The notes beneath the pieces are model-generated. The model saw nothing but the letters and a program-made list of their open reading frames with translations, made no database searches and had not been told where the DNA came from. This document shows, one piece after another, positions 1-12,617 of a stretch of DNA of 64,000 nt; position 1 is the stretch's first letter, and every line of letters starts with the position of its first letter. This stretch comes from Tubulanus polymorphus (Eukaryota > Animalia > Nemertea): assembly GCF_964204645.1 (NCBI RefSeq), contig NC_134032.1, positions 4,488,175 to 4,552,174 on the forward strand, given 5' to 3'. The translations under genes and the position numbers were made by a program.

Positions 1-311
1 GGCCTCGCCTCTGCAGTCGAGATTATACTCGATTCATTCCAACTCAGTTGGTTAAATCTACATTCAAAAATCTTAAAAATTCGATATCACAGTCGTCAGA
101 GTTTTATACCAAGTTTCTATCAAGAAAAAATCAAGTCCCGTACGCGAACATCCCCATTGATGGCACAGTAAAACCAAAATAAGACATCTTGTTTCGAAAG
201 AATAAATAAATGTTCACTTACTATTCATATTTCTCATTCTTATTTCAATGGTCAATTTTCATTTGACTTTTTCATTTGAAATTGTGTATCACTTACAAAC
301 CCACCACACAT

Positions 312-543
312 CAGAGGCGGATCTAGAAAAGTAATTAGGCTGGGCTCAAGAAAAGCAGTTTCATAGGCTACTATCGGGGTCCCGTACTAGGTGTTGTAAT
401 TTTTAAAGAAATATAGTTTGCAATTTTTGGGAGGATAAACGCCAAATTTATAGGTTTTAACAAGCACTGTCCTGACGAAAAGGACAACCTCAATGGGAAG
501 ACATTGGTCCGACCCCCCGACACCACCCCTAAATCCTCCTCTG
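312..543. mobile_element. Short non-autonomous DNA transposon (MITE)
   Basis: Inverted ends CAGAGGCGGATCTAG (312-326) and CTAAATCCTCCTCTG (529-543), 13/15 complementary; non-coding interior; no clean TSD. Confidence 0.55.
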
Positions 544-1249
544 CACCTGCCGGGAACGAAACAAGGGCATTGAATTTGAACTCGAAGATCGGAGTAGAGA
601 TGACTTAGTCGGAGGATCGGTCCAATTTATTTGGGTTCCGGGTCATTTGAATAACCTTCCAAGTAGCCTGAACCGGCAAGCGACTGATTCGGGCATTTTT
701 AATGCAAGTATATCAATTCTTATATTCCAGAATGCTTTGTGACTTTCTTGTTCGATATCGAAAATGAAACCAATTATCTAGTTATTTAATTAAGACAATA
801 AATTTAACAAACGAGACACCGGTGGGTACGTCTTCTGATTAAAGGGAGGCTATTTGGTTCTTTGGGGGTTCTTTAAAAACCTATGAGTTCTTCGCGGAAC
901 CTTGGAGTTCTGCTGCAGTAGATAAACGTGATGGGAAAACGGGACCCTAAAGGCACAACACTTGTTAAAATCACACATATTCTGATGATATATTAGGGTT
1001 TAAAACAATCAAGTTGTTCGCATGACACAGGTAATGTTCATTTTGACATATATCAAACAACACCTAATATGGTAAGAAATAAGGTAATGAATCATAGAAA
1101 ACTATTGCTAAGTGGTCTATTTTATGGTGTCCTATATATCCCTGATATATATCCTGGATGAAACATATGTTTACTTGGCTAGAACTAAAATAAAACTGAT
1201 ATGTCGCATTGATAAGTTGGTACGATATATAGGGCGACCCATGAGTCAC

Positions 1250-2140
1250 TCAACTTTAAAAATAAATCAATTTCTCCAAGCATCACAGACATAGATGTTC
1301 CTTATTCGCGTCGAATTTTGAACAAAATACGACGTTGCATCATCATCATCGTCATAATTTTCTGATTAATATGAAAGTTCTAAGGTATAATCTTCAATAT
1401 TATCACCTTTAGTGTCTGTAAAATTCGAATACATTTATCTTTAAATCGTTAACTTTTTCTATTTTATGAATCATTTCTATAGTTACTGGGTATTGGTCAA
1501 TTGTTTACAATTATTCATATTTCTAATAATTCGTTACTCTATAAACAAATCCAAATATGTAGATAATACATGAATGAATACATTATTTCATCCAAGTGAA
1601 TGATAATCCAGAACCTCGGAAATATCTCTCTTCGATATGCTGTATTAATTCATTAGATACTTTATCTAATTTCTCTTTTAATTTGTGTTTTCGATAATTT
1701 CATAAAAATGTTATTGACTATTACGTTATACTTTTTCTTCAGAATTAAAACAGGTCACTTTCCCAGGATGTTTTATGGATATTCAACATCTGTTGTTATT
1801 GACTCCATAAGTTTTTCGGTTATTCCAATATATTTACTATAGTCTTCTGGTGTTATTCCTTTATAGAATCTAAGATATAATAGCTGCAGTACCAATTTTA
1901 CTATGTAATGTTTTCAGTTTATCAATTATATCTTTAATTTCTAATGAATTGATATAATTTCCATATAAAGCTTATTCGAATGAGATTTAGTTTTAGAATC
2001 TGATTTCTATAGATCTTTTTTACAGGTTCACCATCAAAATATTCTTATGCTAAAATATTGGCTTAAATTTTGTTTCTGTTTTAAAGTTTCAAGATGTCTA
2101 TTATATTTCCATTTAGTTATAAATTCTTCAGAATCATCTT
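1250..2140 (-). pseudogene. Decayed N-terminal fragment of a Polinton protein-primed DNA polymerase B
   Basis: Minus-strand pieces KWKYNRHLETLK (Zn-finger-like), HIEERYFRGSGL and NVFEF..TKGDNIEDYTLE match the PolB copies at 4508-5800 and 27190-28420 (HIEERYFEGSGL; NVFDL..TKGNNIKNYTLE); many stops and frameshifts. Confidence 0.75.
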
Positions 2141-3870
2141 CAAAATATATGCTGAGTAAAAATAATTCCGCTAAAAATCGATCTCGTAAGTGAAAATAAT
2201 TCCGCCATGAAAAATAAATCGCGTTCAATGCGTGAGTAAAGATAATTCCGTTATGAAAAATGCATCGCCTTTCTTCAAAATATATTCCGATGACTAAAAT
2301 ATTTTTTGCAGTGTAAAAGGTAATTGTGGGGTTTTCCGCTAGTGCGCACGCGCTTGTCGATTGAACTGTCTTACCTGGTCTTATCTTATCTGTGCTACTA
2401 GCCCTAAGTATCTGGTACACTGCGTGCGTACTATACGGGGCACACCGCATGGCCCTCACACAGGAATCAGTACTAGGGTAGAGCAGTGGTTTTGATCCTA
2501 AAATGTCGTGACGAGTCCTTGTGACTTAACGTTAGGAAGGGTGGGATGGTGGTGCTGTCATCGGGTCCATTTGAACACAAATTAGGGCCATAAATATCAA
2601 AACTTACATCCAAAATCAAAATTAGGGCTCTAGATTTTGGTTCCTCCTCAGACCTCCATCACCATCCTGTCTCATCGTTTTAGATATTTTTGTCGATGTA
2701 TTTGACTCCACAGAGGAACCAGAAAGAAACTTTCCATGATGGGTTTCTGTGTAATTGTTTCTGTTTCATTCACCGAACTCGCTGTCAAAAAGGCGATTCT
2801 CGATATAAATAGTAATGGGTTTTCCCCGCAGGATACCCGCTTTGGGAAAGGCACCTGAATCGATGCTACGAGTTCGAACCCCAATATTTAGACGTAATTT
2901 ATTATTCTTTGAAATAAATTCTTAGAATTTCTATTTATGATAGGATGTGCAGGTTTTGATTTGGTAATGATGTTAATAAAAGTTAACCTCTTAAGGTATT
3001 GTTTTCTATCTATGTGACGGATTAGTTTCGATGCTCCTCACAACCCGCCCCACCACGTGTCACTTATTCACGGACGCGCGGATTGTATCATTTGTTATAG
3101 GTCTACCACATGAAAGAGTCCATGGCCTACCGTAGAATAGTAGGGCCTACCGATCACGCTATGTGCGATGAAAGTAGTGTTTGAATAAAACAAATCTTTA
3201 ATGAAATAAACATTATTTATCATAATTAATCAATAGATCAGTTGCCGCCTAAATAATTGTTTGTTTCGTGAAATTTGTACAAAACTTTGCGACTTCGTCA
3301 TGTCTTGTGACCCTGAAAATACTAGAAGAATCATCGGTAACTTATAAAACGGCGAGGTCAACATAGTAACAACAACTTCGGGGATTGAAAAAAAAACTCA
3401 AAAGAATTATTTTTTATACTGATGAGTTATACTGATGGGGAGTAGCGACCGTCATTGACACCGGTTATTTTTCCATTCACTATCAAATGTGACGAGCCCA
3501 ATAAATGATTGCGCATAGATTCGGCCTCTCAGCATTTAGCACAGCAGTTCCGAGAAGTGTTAAGACTGATCAGCGCGCGCGCTATCTAAAACCGGTGCTA
3601 GTACGATCAATATCTACAGGTATATACGTGTTCAGTATTACACAGCGAGTACCAGTATGTTGATCGAGCGTCGTCGTAGCAACGCGCTATACAGCGGCTT
3701 GAACTAGCGAGTAACATTAATTATCTTTTAACCAAATTAGAGCATTTATAACCATCGGAATCAAATATAAACCAAGCTGCCCCATCTACATCAAGTAGAG
3801 AATGCCTGTGTGAAATTACAGAATTGTCGGTCCACACAAACAGCTTAAATCGTGTCATAAAGAAACATCC

Positions 3871-3946
3871 ACAGACGGACAGACAGACAGACATGACGAC
3901 GATGCCATAGATGGGTTCGTCTGACGACGAAACCCATCAATAAAAA
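3871..3946 (+). mobile_element. Helentron/HINE (DINE-1-like) 3' end
   Basis: (ACAG)n microsatellite, then hairpin GATGGGTTCGTC-tgac-GACGAAACCCATC (3910-3938) and an A-rich tail, the usual layout of these elements. Confidence 0.5.
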
Positions 3947-4073
3947 GGGCCAAAATAACGTTAAGGGATACAATTTGCTGTAGGAACGAAAACTAAGACA
4001 TCTTTTACTTGATGTCCCATTCAACGCACTATATACACATTTCATACTTAACGGGTCAAACACTGATGCGTCC

Positions 4074-4453
4074 CAATTGGTCGCTCCACTTCGCTACCGC
4101 TCCGCTCCGCGACCAATTGATTTATTTACAATACACAAATTCATATAATCAATATATTCAAATAATAATAATTATTCTATTATTCAACTGAAATACACAC
4201 GGTTATGAAAATATATTATAGTTTTAAATTACTTTTAATATTTGTTTTTAATGAACTCGACCATTCAACCTTTGATATGAAAGCCCATTACCCCTATTAC
4301 TCTTAAAATATTCATGTAAATGAATAACATTTAAATTGACAGATTATTCAATATAAAAGTATATATTTACAACATTATTTCAATATTCATATTTGTGTGA
4401 GTTAGATTTTTAAACATTAAAATTGTTAGTAAAGTGTGATTGAAATAATACAT
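4074..4453 (+). repeat. Left terminal inverted repeat with terminal hairpin
   Basis: Reverse complement of 21361-21738 with about 6 substitutions; stem CAATTGGTCGC 4074-4084 / GCGACCAATTG 4109-4119. Confidence 0.95.
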
Positions 4454-4479
4454 GATATAAATCATTGAACTTCTAAAAT

Positions 4480-4510
4480 CAATTTTAATAAAAAATTTGA
4501 TATTAAAATG
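4480..4510 (+). promoter_or_regulatory. Putative promoter (replication-gene class, TAAAATG)
   Basis: CAATTTTAATAAAAAATTTGATATTAAAATG, almost identical to 8629-8659 before the next gene. Confidence 0.5.
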
Positions 4511-7500
4511 GAAGCAAATAAGTACTACTGTTCAACATGTAATATCAATATAGAAAAATCCCAAAAAGCAAGACACGATAAAACTAAAACACATTTAGAG
4601 GATAAATTGAAACTAGAATATAAAGATGATATATTAGAATCTAAATTAGATGAATTAAAGAATGAAAAAGAAACATACAAATGTGATACATGTAATCAAT
4701 CATTCAGTGATAAAAGATATTATAATGAACATTTAAAATCTAAAAGTCATATTAGAAATAAGAATAATGATATTTTAGGTGAAGATTATTTTGATAATGA
4801 TAACGATAAGAAACATAAGACAATTAAAAGAATAAGAAATAAATTAAACAATAAAAGACCGTATATGGAAGATGTAAGAAAATATATTAATGTATTGGAT
4901 AATAAAAAAGATATTGAGATAACCGAAGCATTTAAAAGTGATATTGGCCCAGCAGCTAACGAGTTTAAATTTCATGAAGGAAAAACATTAGAAGAAAATA
5001 AAAAACATTTAGAAAATATGAAAGAAATAATAAAAATAATTACAGATGTTGAATACCCTAAAATAAGTATATCAGTTAAAGTTAAATTCATAAAATCTGA
5101 AGGTAAACCAATATATAATATAAATTCTCATTCACAACATATTATTTCAAAACAACATATAGATGATAAATAAGATAAATGTTATAATGAAGTAAAAACT
5201 AAAATAGAAGAGAAATATTTTGAAGGATCTGGTTTAATATTTGATGAAATAATATTTATGACTTTACATGTTTATAACACAAAATATAATAATTTAACTA
5301 AATCAAAACCAATTGATGAAAAGAATGTATCATATTATAAAGAACCAGATATTGAAGCATCGAGTTATATTAAACGACCATTTAAAACTAATGCTGTAAT
5401 AAATGTACAAAATTTGGATGATAAATGTTTTCTATGGACAATTGTAAGTTGCTTACATCCAACAGAAGATATTACACATAGTTTTAGATTAACTCATTAT
5501 AAACCATTTGAAAATAATTATAAGATAGATAAGTATCCTGTTAGAATTAAAAACATCCCAAAAATAGAAAGAGATAATAATATAAAGATAAATGTATTTG
5601 ATTTAATCAAATTACCAAATACAAAAGGTAACAATATAAAAAATTATACATTAGAACCTTTATACCTATCAAAAGATTATGATTCAAACGATGTTATAGA
5701 TATACTATATTATGAGAATCATTATATGTGGATTAAACAAATCGATTTATTTTTTAAATCAGAAAATGATCATCATAAAATATATCTATGTAGAAAATGT
5801 TTACATAGATTCAGTAATGAAAGTACATTATTAAATCATAAACAATTATGTGAAAATCATGATTATTGTAAATTAGTTTTACCAAATGAAAAAGATAAAA
5901 TATTAGAATTCAAAAAATATGATTACAAAAATAAAGCACCATTTGTTATATATGGAGATTTTGAATCATTAAATAAAGAACTAACTGATCAAGATAGAAA
6001 AGAAATATATTATAAAAGAAAGAAATTAAATTCTAATGAAAATGATTTTTCAGATGAACCACCAAAAACAAATACTATTAAAAAGATTCATCAATCAGCT
6101 GCAGCTTTCGGGTTATATATTAAATCTGATTATCCAGAACTAATTGAAAGTGAATATTATCATTATAGAAATGAAAATGTTATCAATCATTTTTGTGACT
6201 TATTAATTGAATATGAAATAAGATTTAGTAAATTATTGAATACAAATATAGAAATTATAATGACAGAAGAAGATAAAGAAGAATTTGCGTTTGCAGATAA
6301 ATGTTATTATTGTGAAAAGATATTTAATTATAAAGATAAAAAAGTAAGAGACCATGATCATTTGAATGGAAAGTTTAGAGGCGCTGCACATGAGAATTGT
6401 AACTTACAAGCTAAGAAAATTAACTTTGTACCAGTTATATTTCATAATCTATCAGGATATGATGCACATTTATTCATCAAACAGTTATGCCATAAAATAG
6501 AAGAAATTAATAATGAAATAGAAAGATTAAATTCAAATAGATCAAAAGATAAAATACCAACTTATAAATTTAGAATGTTAGCTAAAACATCTGAGAATTA
6601 TATATCATTCCAATTTGGTTGCCTAAGATTTATAGATTCATATAAATTTTTAAATAGTTCATTAGATAACTTATCAAAATCATTAGTTGATGATGAATTA
6701 AAAATATTAAAGCAACACTACCCAAATAATGATGATTTTCAATTGATAAGATATAAAGGCGCAATTCCATATTCATTTTATAAATCACATAATGATTTCA
6801 ATATAACTGAATTATTGAAAGAACAATTCTATGATGAATTATAAAATGAATATGTTAAAGATGAAGTATATAATAGAACATTGAATATTTGGAATCATTT
6901 CAAAATAGAAAATCATGGACAATTAGTAGATATATATATTTAAAATCAGATGTATTATTATTATCGGATATATTTGAAAGGTTTAGAGATGTAAACCTAA
7001 AATATTTTAACATTGATCCTTGTCATTGTTATTCTAGTCCAGGTTTAACATGGGATTGTGGATTAAAATTCACAGATATAAAAATGGATTTGTTAACAAA
7101 TATAGATCAATTATTATTATTTGAAAAATCTATAAGAGGAGGAGTTTCAGGTGTATTAGGCGATAGATATTTCAATGTAAATGATAATCCTGGATATAAG
7201 TTATTATATATAGATGCAAATAATTTGTTTGGTTGGGCAATGATGGAACCACAACCTTATGGAGTATTTGAATTAACTGAAGTTTTACAGAATGAAAATA
7301 ATGATAAATTTGATTGGAAGAAAAGAATTCTAGATATCGCAGATGATTCAGATACTGGTTACTTCTTTGTTGTAGATTTAGAATATCCTGAACATATTAA
7401 ATTTAAATCTAGAAATCTAGCTTACTGTCCCGAACATAAAACTGTAACTCATGAAGAATTATCAAATTATCAAAAAAGAATTAAACCCGAAAATCATATT

Positions 7501-8627
7501 CATACAGATAAGTTAATGGTAACTCAAGAAGATAAATATAATTATGTAGTACATTATAGAATGTTAAAGTTTTATCTAAAACAAGGAATGGTTCTAAAAA
7601 AAGTACATAGATATATTTCATTTAGTCAATCTAAGTGGTTAGAAAAATATATAGATTTTAACACCAAACAGAGAACTGAAGCTAAAACTGATTTCGAGAA
7701 AGATTTCTTCAAGTTAATGAATAATGCATTTTATGGTAAGACTTGTGAAAATATTAGAAATAGAAATGATATTGAGTTAATTAGTAATGGTAAAGATTTA
7801 GACATTTACAATCATATCCTAAGTTCATTGGCAACAGAATATTTGATGAAAATTTAGCCGCAGTTAAGATGAGAAGAACATCAATGAAATTTAATAAACC
7901 AATGTTGGCGCTTCAGTTTTAGAATTATCAAAATTACTAATGTATGAATTCTATTATAATGTATTACAACCACTTTTTGGAGAAAAACATATAGAAATAT
8001 TATATTTTGATACCGACAGTTACATATTAAAGATAAAAACTGATAACATAACAGATGATTTAAAAACATTAAAACATCATTTTGATTTTAGTAACTATCC
8101 TATGAGAATCATTATATGTGGATTAAACAAATCGATTTATTTTTTAAATCAGAAAATGATCATCATAAAATATATCTATGTAGAAAATGAATCATGAATT
8201 GTTTAGCAATGATAATAAAAAAGTTCCAGGGAAGTTTAAGGATGAATTAGGTGGTGAAGAAATGATAGAGTTCATAGGTATTAGATCTAAAATGTATTCA
8301 TATAAAACTAAAGAACATGAAGCTAAAAAGTTAAAAGGAATAACCAAAAGTGTAGTAGAAAAGAATATTCATTTCAAAGATTACATCAATTGTATATTCA
8401 ATGAAGAAGTTAGAAAACATAAGATGAGATGTTTAAGATCTGAAGATCATGAAATGTTTATTGAAGAAATTGAAAAGATAAGTCTAAACCCATTTGATGA
8501 TAAAAGATATATTTTAGATGATGGAATTCATACAGTTGCTTATGGTTGCAATTTAGATGAATACTTAAAATTTAAAAGAGAAGAAACAAAAGAGAATGAG
8601 ATTATGAAAAGAATTCTAACGTGTTAA
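4508..8627 (+). pseudogene. polB: Protein-primed family B DNA polymerase with N-terminal C2H2 zinc fingers and an endonuclease VII-like domain; broken into 5 ORFs
   Basis: YGDFES (ExoI), FHNLSGYDAH (ExoII), VRDHDHLNGKFRGAAHENCN (EndoVII), YIDANNLFGWAM (motif A), KLMNNAFYGKT (motif B), YFDTDS (motif C); stops at 5173 and 6844, frameshifts near 6930, 7800-7910 and 8190. Confidence 0.95.
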
Positions 8628-8656
8628 TCAAATTTTAATAAAAATATGTTATTAAA

Positions 8657-9010
8657 ATGGAGAGTAAACAAACACACAGTGAGAACAACAAATTATTTCT
8701 AGATAGAATAAAAGATACTACAAATGTAAAATCTGTAGATTATAAATTCAAAAAGTTAACAGAATTAACAATTCATAAGAAATATCTAATTACAAATATT
8801 GATACAGTTACTAATAACTATGGAGATGAATTAATTATACACTTAGAATATGAAGGATTAAAAGGAAATACACATAAATTCAGAACATATTTACCAGATA
8901 GATTTCATAGATTATCATGTGAAGATCTTGAAGAATTATGTTCTGGTGATTTCTATTTCGTATACAAAGGTAAGAATGAAAAAGGGCACCATGAAATAGA
9001 TTTCGAATAA
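8657..9010 (+). CDS. Small Polinton protein, possibly an OB-fold ssDNA-binding protein
   Basis: Intact 117-aa ORF after PolB sharing its upstream motif; beta-rich pattern (KYLITNIDTVTNNYGDELIIHL..TYLPDRF); fold is inferred. Confidence 0.6.
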   Translation: MESKQTHSENNKLFLDRIKDTTNVKSVDYKFKKLTELTIHKKYLITNIDTVTNNYGDELIIHLEYEGLKGNTHKFRTYLPDRFHRLSCEDLEELCSGDFYFVYKGKNEKGHHEIDFE

Positions 9011-9027
9011 GAAAATATGTAAAATAA

Positions 9028-9789
9028 ATGGTAGAATTAAAAGAAAACAGAATATTTGTTGATTCTAGAAGACTTACAGATTATAAATCACATAATTTAC
9101 TAGTACAATTAGATAGAGAATTTAAGAATTGTGTAGATTTAAAATTAGTTAATATAAGTTTATGTAATTCTTTTTATAATATATCGAATAAAACTGTTGA
9201 ACATAGAGCCTTTTTAATTTTTGATAAAGGTAAAAATGAATGGTCCTCTATATTTTTAAAACCGGGGTTATATAATTTAGATACATTAGCACAAGAAATT
9301 AATAGAAAAGCCTGGCACAAATTAGGTAGTAGTTCTGGGTTTAGTATTAGATTTTTAAAAAGTGAGAGTTCTGATAGAATAAAGATAAGGTTGTCTAATA
9401 GTGAAAAACATAAATTTATGGTAAAAAAACCTATAGCTAAACCGTTAGGAATTCTTCCAGATAGATCTTTTACAAATATTGACGCTACTACATCAAACTT
9501 AATACCTTACACACATTTCTTTATTTATTGCAATTTAATCGATCCTACAAAAACATTCGAAGCAACTAAAGATATAACTTGTAATTCTGGTTTACTAAAC
9601 ATTTTACCATTGAAGAATGTTAAAGAATTTGGAACGCAAATAAATTATAATTTAACAGAATGTGATTTCAAACCATGCATTCCTCGTTTTAATAATTTTA
9701 GATTAGAAATTAGAAATCACAATGGATATTTAATTGATTTGAATAACTTTCCTGTAATTTATGAATTAGTTATAAGATGTAAAGAGTAA
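9028..9789 (+). CDS. Minor capsid protein (penton)
   Basis: IFVDSR..LKLVNISLCNSFYNI..PGLYNLDTL..FFIYCNLID..LEIRNHNGYLIDLNN, a pattern typical of Polinton single jelly-roll pentons. Confidence 0.8.
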   Translation: MVELKENRIFVDSRRLTDYKSHNLLVQLDREFKNCVDLKLVNISLCNSFYNISNKTVEHRAFLIFDKGKNEWSSIFLKPGLYNLDTLAQEINRKAWHKLGSSSGFSIRFLKSESSDRIKIRLSNSEKHKFMVKKPIAKPLGILPDRSFTNIDATTSNLIPYTHFFIYCNLIDPTKTFEATKDITCNSGLLNILPLKNVKEFGTQINYNLTECDFKPCIPRFNNFRLEIRNHNGYLIDLNNFPVIYELVIRCKE

Positions 9790-9806
9790 TTTTTTTCACT
9801 ATATAA

Positions 9807-10109
9807 ATGAATATAACTGTTGGACCGAGTATATGTTTTGGGTTTGATTTTAAACATGGTAAAGAAATGAGAATTAAACTAAATGATGTAATTACTGATA
9901 TAAAAAGTAAATCATTTAGTAATGCATCAATGATTAATAAAGAAAATTATAATATAGAAAAAGTAATTGATTTAATTAAATCACCTTTAGAATATTATGA
10001 ATTAAATGAAGATGGAATTATTGATGATATTAAAAATATATTAACCAAAATATATGATAATCATAAAAGTAGTAATGAAATAAATGTTGAATTAATCATA
10101 AATAAGTAA
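9807..10109 (+). CDS. Hypothetical Polinton protein
   Basis: Intact 100-aa ORF with a TAAATG start within the gene run. Confidence 0.6.
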   Translation: MNITVGPSICFGFDFKHGKEMRIKLNDVITDIKSKSFSNASMINKENYNIEKVIDLIKSPLEYYELNEDGIIDDIKNILTKIYDNHKSSNEINVELIINK

Positions 10110-10148
10110 ACTAAATATTTTGATGATAGTAATTTTTTTGATAAATAA

Positions 10149-10370
10149 ATGAGTGATAATAAGTGGATAATAACTGGATTATATAATGGCGCCTTACTAT
10201 CAGTTGGAACTGTTGGTTATTCAATGGTATTAACAAAAGTATTCAAAATGGGAAGTGTTAATGTTGATAGATTTGATATAAATGATATTTTAAAATTAAC
10301 ATTAGCAGTTACTTTATCTAATTTAACTATTGATTATTCAGAAAAACAAAAATATATTCCTCCCATATAA
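10149..10370 (+). CDS. Small hydrophobic Polinton protein
   Basis: 73 aa, two hydrophobic segments, TAAATG start. Confidence 0.6.
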   Translation: MSDNKWIITGLYNGALLSVGTVGYSMVLTKVFKMGSVNVDRFDINDILKLTLAVTLSNLTIDYSEKQKYIPPI

Positions 10371-10394
10371 ATACATAATTATTTTACTAAATAA

Positions 10395-10817
10395 ATGGCT
10401 TGTGCAGTTATAACTATTATAGGATCGGCAATTGTTAATGCTTTAGCATTTACTGGTGGTGGTTATTTATTCAAGCATATTGATAAAAATGGTTCATTAA
10501 CAGAACAAAAAAGACATAACTTAGCATTAGAGAAATACAATAAAGCAGCAGAAGAATATAGAGAAAAGAGACAAAACTATATGGATTACATCAATAAAGA
10601 ATTATTTGATCAGAAGATTTCACATAGAGATTTTCAATCAGTTGATGATGCAATGAGTTTATATAACGCGGTAACCAATAAAGAAAAATTACATCTATAC
10701 AAACCTAAATTATCAGATTATTATACCCCAAGTAATGAACAGAAGAAATATGAAATAATATGGATTTTAGGTGGAACTGTTATTGTTATATTTGTTGCTT
10801 ATAAGTTAACTAATTAG
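10395..10817 (+). CDS. Polinton membrane-associated protein (EQKRHN motif)
   Basis: N-terminal hydrophobic helix, EQKRHNLALEK, C-terminal TM; TAAATG start. Confidence 0.7.
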   Translation: MACAVITIIGSAIVNALAFTGGGYLFKHIDKNGSLTEQKRHNLALEKYNKAAEEYREKRQNYMDYINKELFDQKISHRDFQSVDDAMSLYNAVTNKEKLHLYKPKLSDYYTPSNEQKKYEIIWILGGTVIVIFVAYKLTN

Positions 10818-10836
10818 TAATTTTTTTGCTAAATAA

Positions 10837-11271
10837 ATGGATGATAAAGTTGATAATATTGATATTATTCCTCACGATATAAATAAAACTAAATTAAAAA
10901 CATATTTAGAAAAACAAATATTAGAATTTGAAAGTGACTTAAAGATAAAAAAGAAAAAATATTTAAAAAGTAAAATTATATATTATTTGATTATAAGTGG
11001 TTCGGTTACAATTAGTTCTGTAATAACATTTCTAGCAATATTCAGTCCATTAACACCTTTAGCTATATCAATTGGTGTATTAGGATTAAGTTCAAGTGTT
11101 TTAACCGGCATAAGTTAAAAATTAAATATAAAAAGTAATAAAGAAAAAATTAAAACTAATATAAAAGAAATTAATAAATTAAAGAATACACTAGATTATA
11201 TAATAAGTTTAAATGGTCATATAACAGTTGAAGAACAAGATAAATTATTAAAAGAATTAGTTAATTATTAA
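10837..11271 (+). pseudogene. Two-TM coiled-coil protein with a premature stop
   Basis: ORF to 11118; the reading frame continues as a coiled-coil after the TAA. Confidence 0.55.
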
Positions 11272-11287
11272 TTTTCTAGTTATATAA

Positions 11288-12594
11288 ATGGGGTTTCCAA
11301 AAGCTTTCCAATATAATAAATCAATTATCTATAATATTCCTGCAATAGATTTTAATAAAGATATTACATATAGAAATGAAGTTTTAAATTCATTAATTGA
11401 TTTATATATTTATGTTACTGAAAGTAATAATTTTCATGTAAAGATGGAAAATATATTTCATGTGTATACAATTAATTTCAAAAATTTAAATGAGGCAAAA
11501 CAATGGTTATTAAAATCTAATATTAAGTATTGGCAGAACCAATTAAATTTTGCTGTTTATTGCGCAACAACAGGATGTGGAATTAGTTGGCATGATCATT
11601 TAAACAAACCAAGTTTACCATTGATGTTATCACTTTTTAGATTTCAAACTTATTTTCAAATAAAATTAATATTAGATGAATTAGAATGTCCTTTACCAGG
11701 TTCAAAATATTTTAAAGAATTTAATAATAATATCAATTTTTCTAAGTTTTATAAAATATGTAATGAATTTAATATTAATTCAAATAAAGATTTTAGAGCA
11801 AAAATTGGAACGATGGGTGGATTAGGAATATTATATACTAAAGAATTTGGAAAAATAATGACAAATTCAGATATAAGAACACTCAATTGGAATGAATTAC
11901 CAAAATATTATAATAATATACAACAACAAAATAATAATGGTTGGGTTAATTTCATTTTAGAAAATAGTGAAGGTTTTACTAAAGCTGGAATACAAAGAAT
12001 AAATCAATCAATTAGAACTTATTTGATATGTATTTTAGGCGCGCAAGTTGAAACAAGATCCCCAATAATTGGAAATGATAACACTTCATTCGATGCGCAG
12101 AAACAATTTAAAGTATTATTTGAAGATTCAATTCATAATGATAAAAATAGATTCCGGAAAACATTGTTAGATATCAAAATTATTTAGATAAATCTCATGT
12201 AAGACTAAATTATTGTATAGGCCCTAATCTATTTATAATTTCTAATGATTTAGTATTAAAGATGGGAAACATAATTGGTTACAATAATCTAATTAAAACT
12301 GCAACAATAAATAATATGTTTGGATTAAATGATATAAATAAAAAGATTATTACTGCTCCAAAATTAATGGAAGGTGAAAAAAATAAAAAACACATTCAAT
12401 CAGCTGAAACTAAAACTAAGAATATTAAATTAAATAATGATTCTAAAATTAAAGATTATAATACATCAGAAAATATAAAAACTGATATTATTCAACATGA
12501 TATAATTAAACTAAATGATAATAAATCCCATGAAAATGCTAAATTAGCTTTAACTTGTGTAGGAATTGTAATCGGAGGAATATTATATTTTTAA
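11288..12594 (+). pseudogene. Conserved Polinton protein of unknown function (YWQNQLNFAVYCATTGCG family) with C-terminal TM; frameshifted
   Basis: ORFs 11288-12187 and 12262-12594 join into one gene by comparison with the homologues at 24895-25740 and 25767-26845. Confidence 0.75.
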
Positions 12595-12617
12595 TTTTAA
12601 TTTTTTTTATTTTGTAA

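Noticed and set aside
1064-1250. LINE endonuclease remnant (WVALYI..GIYRTP on minus)
   Set aside because: Only two short motif echoes among stops; not enough to call.
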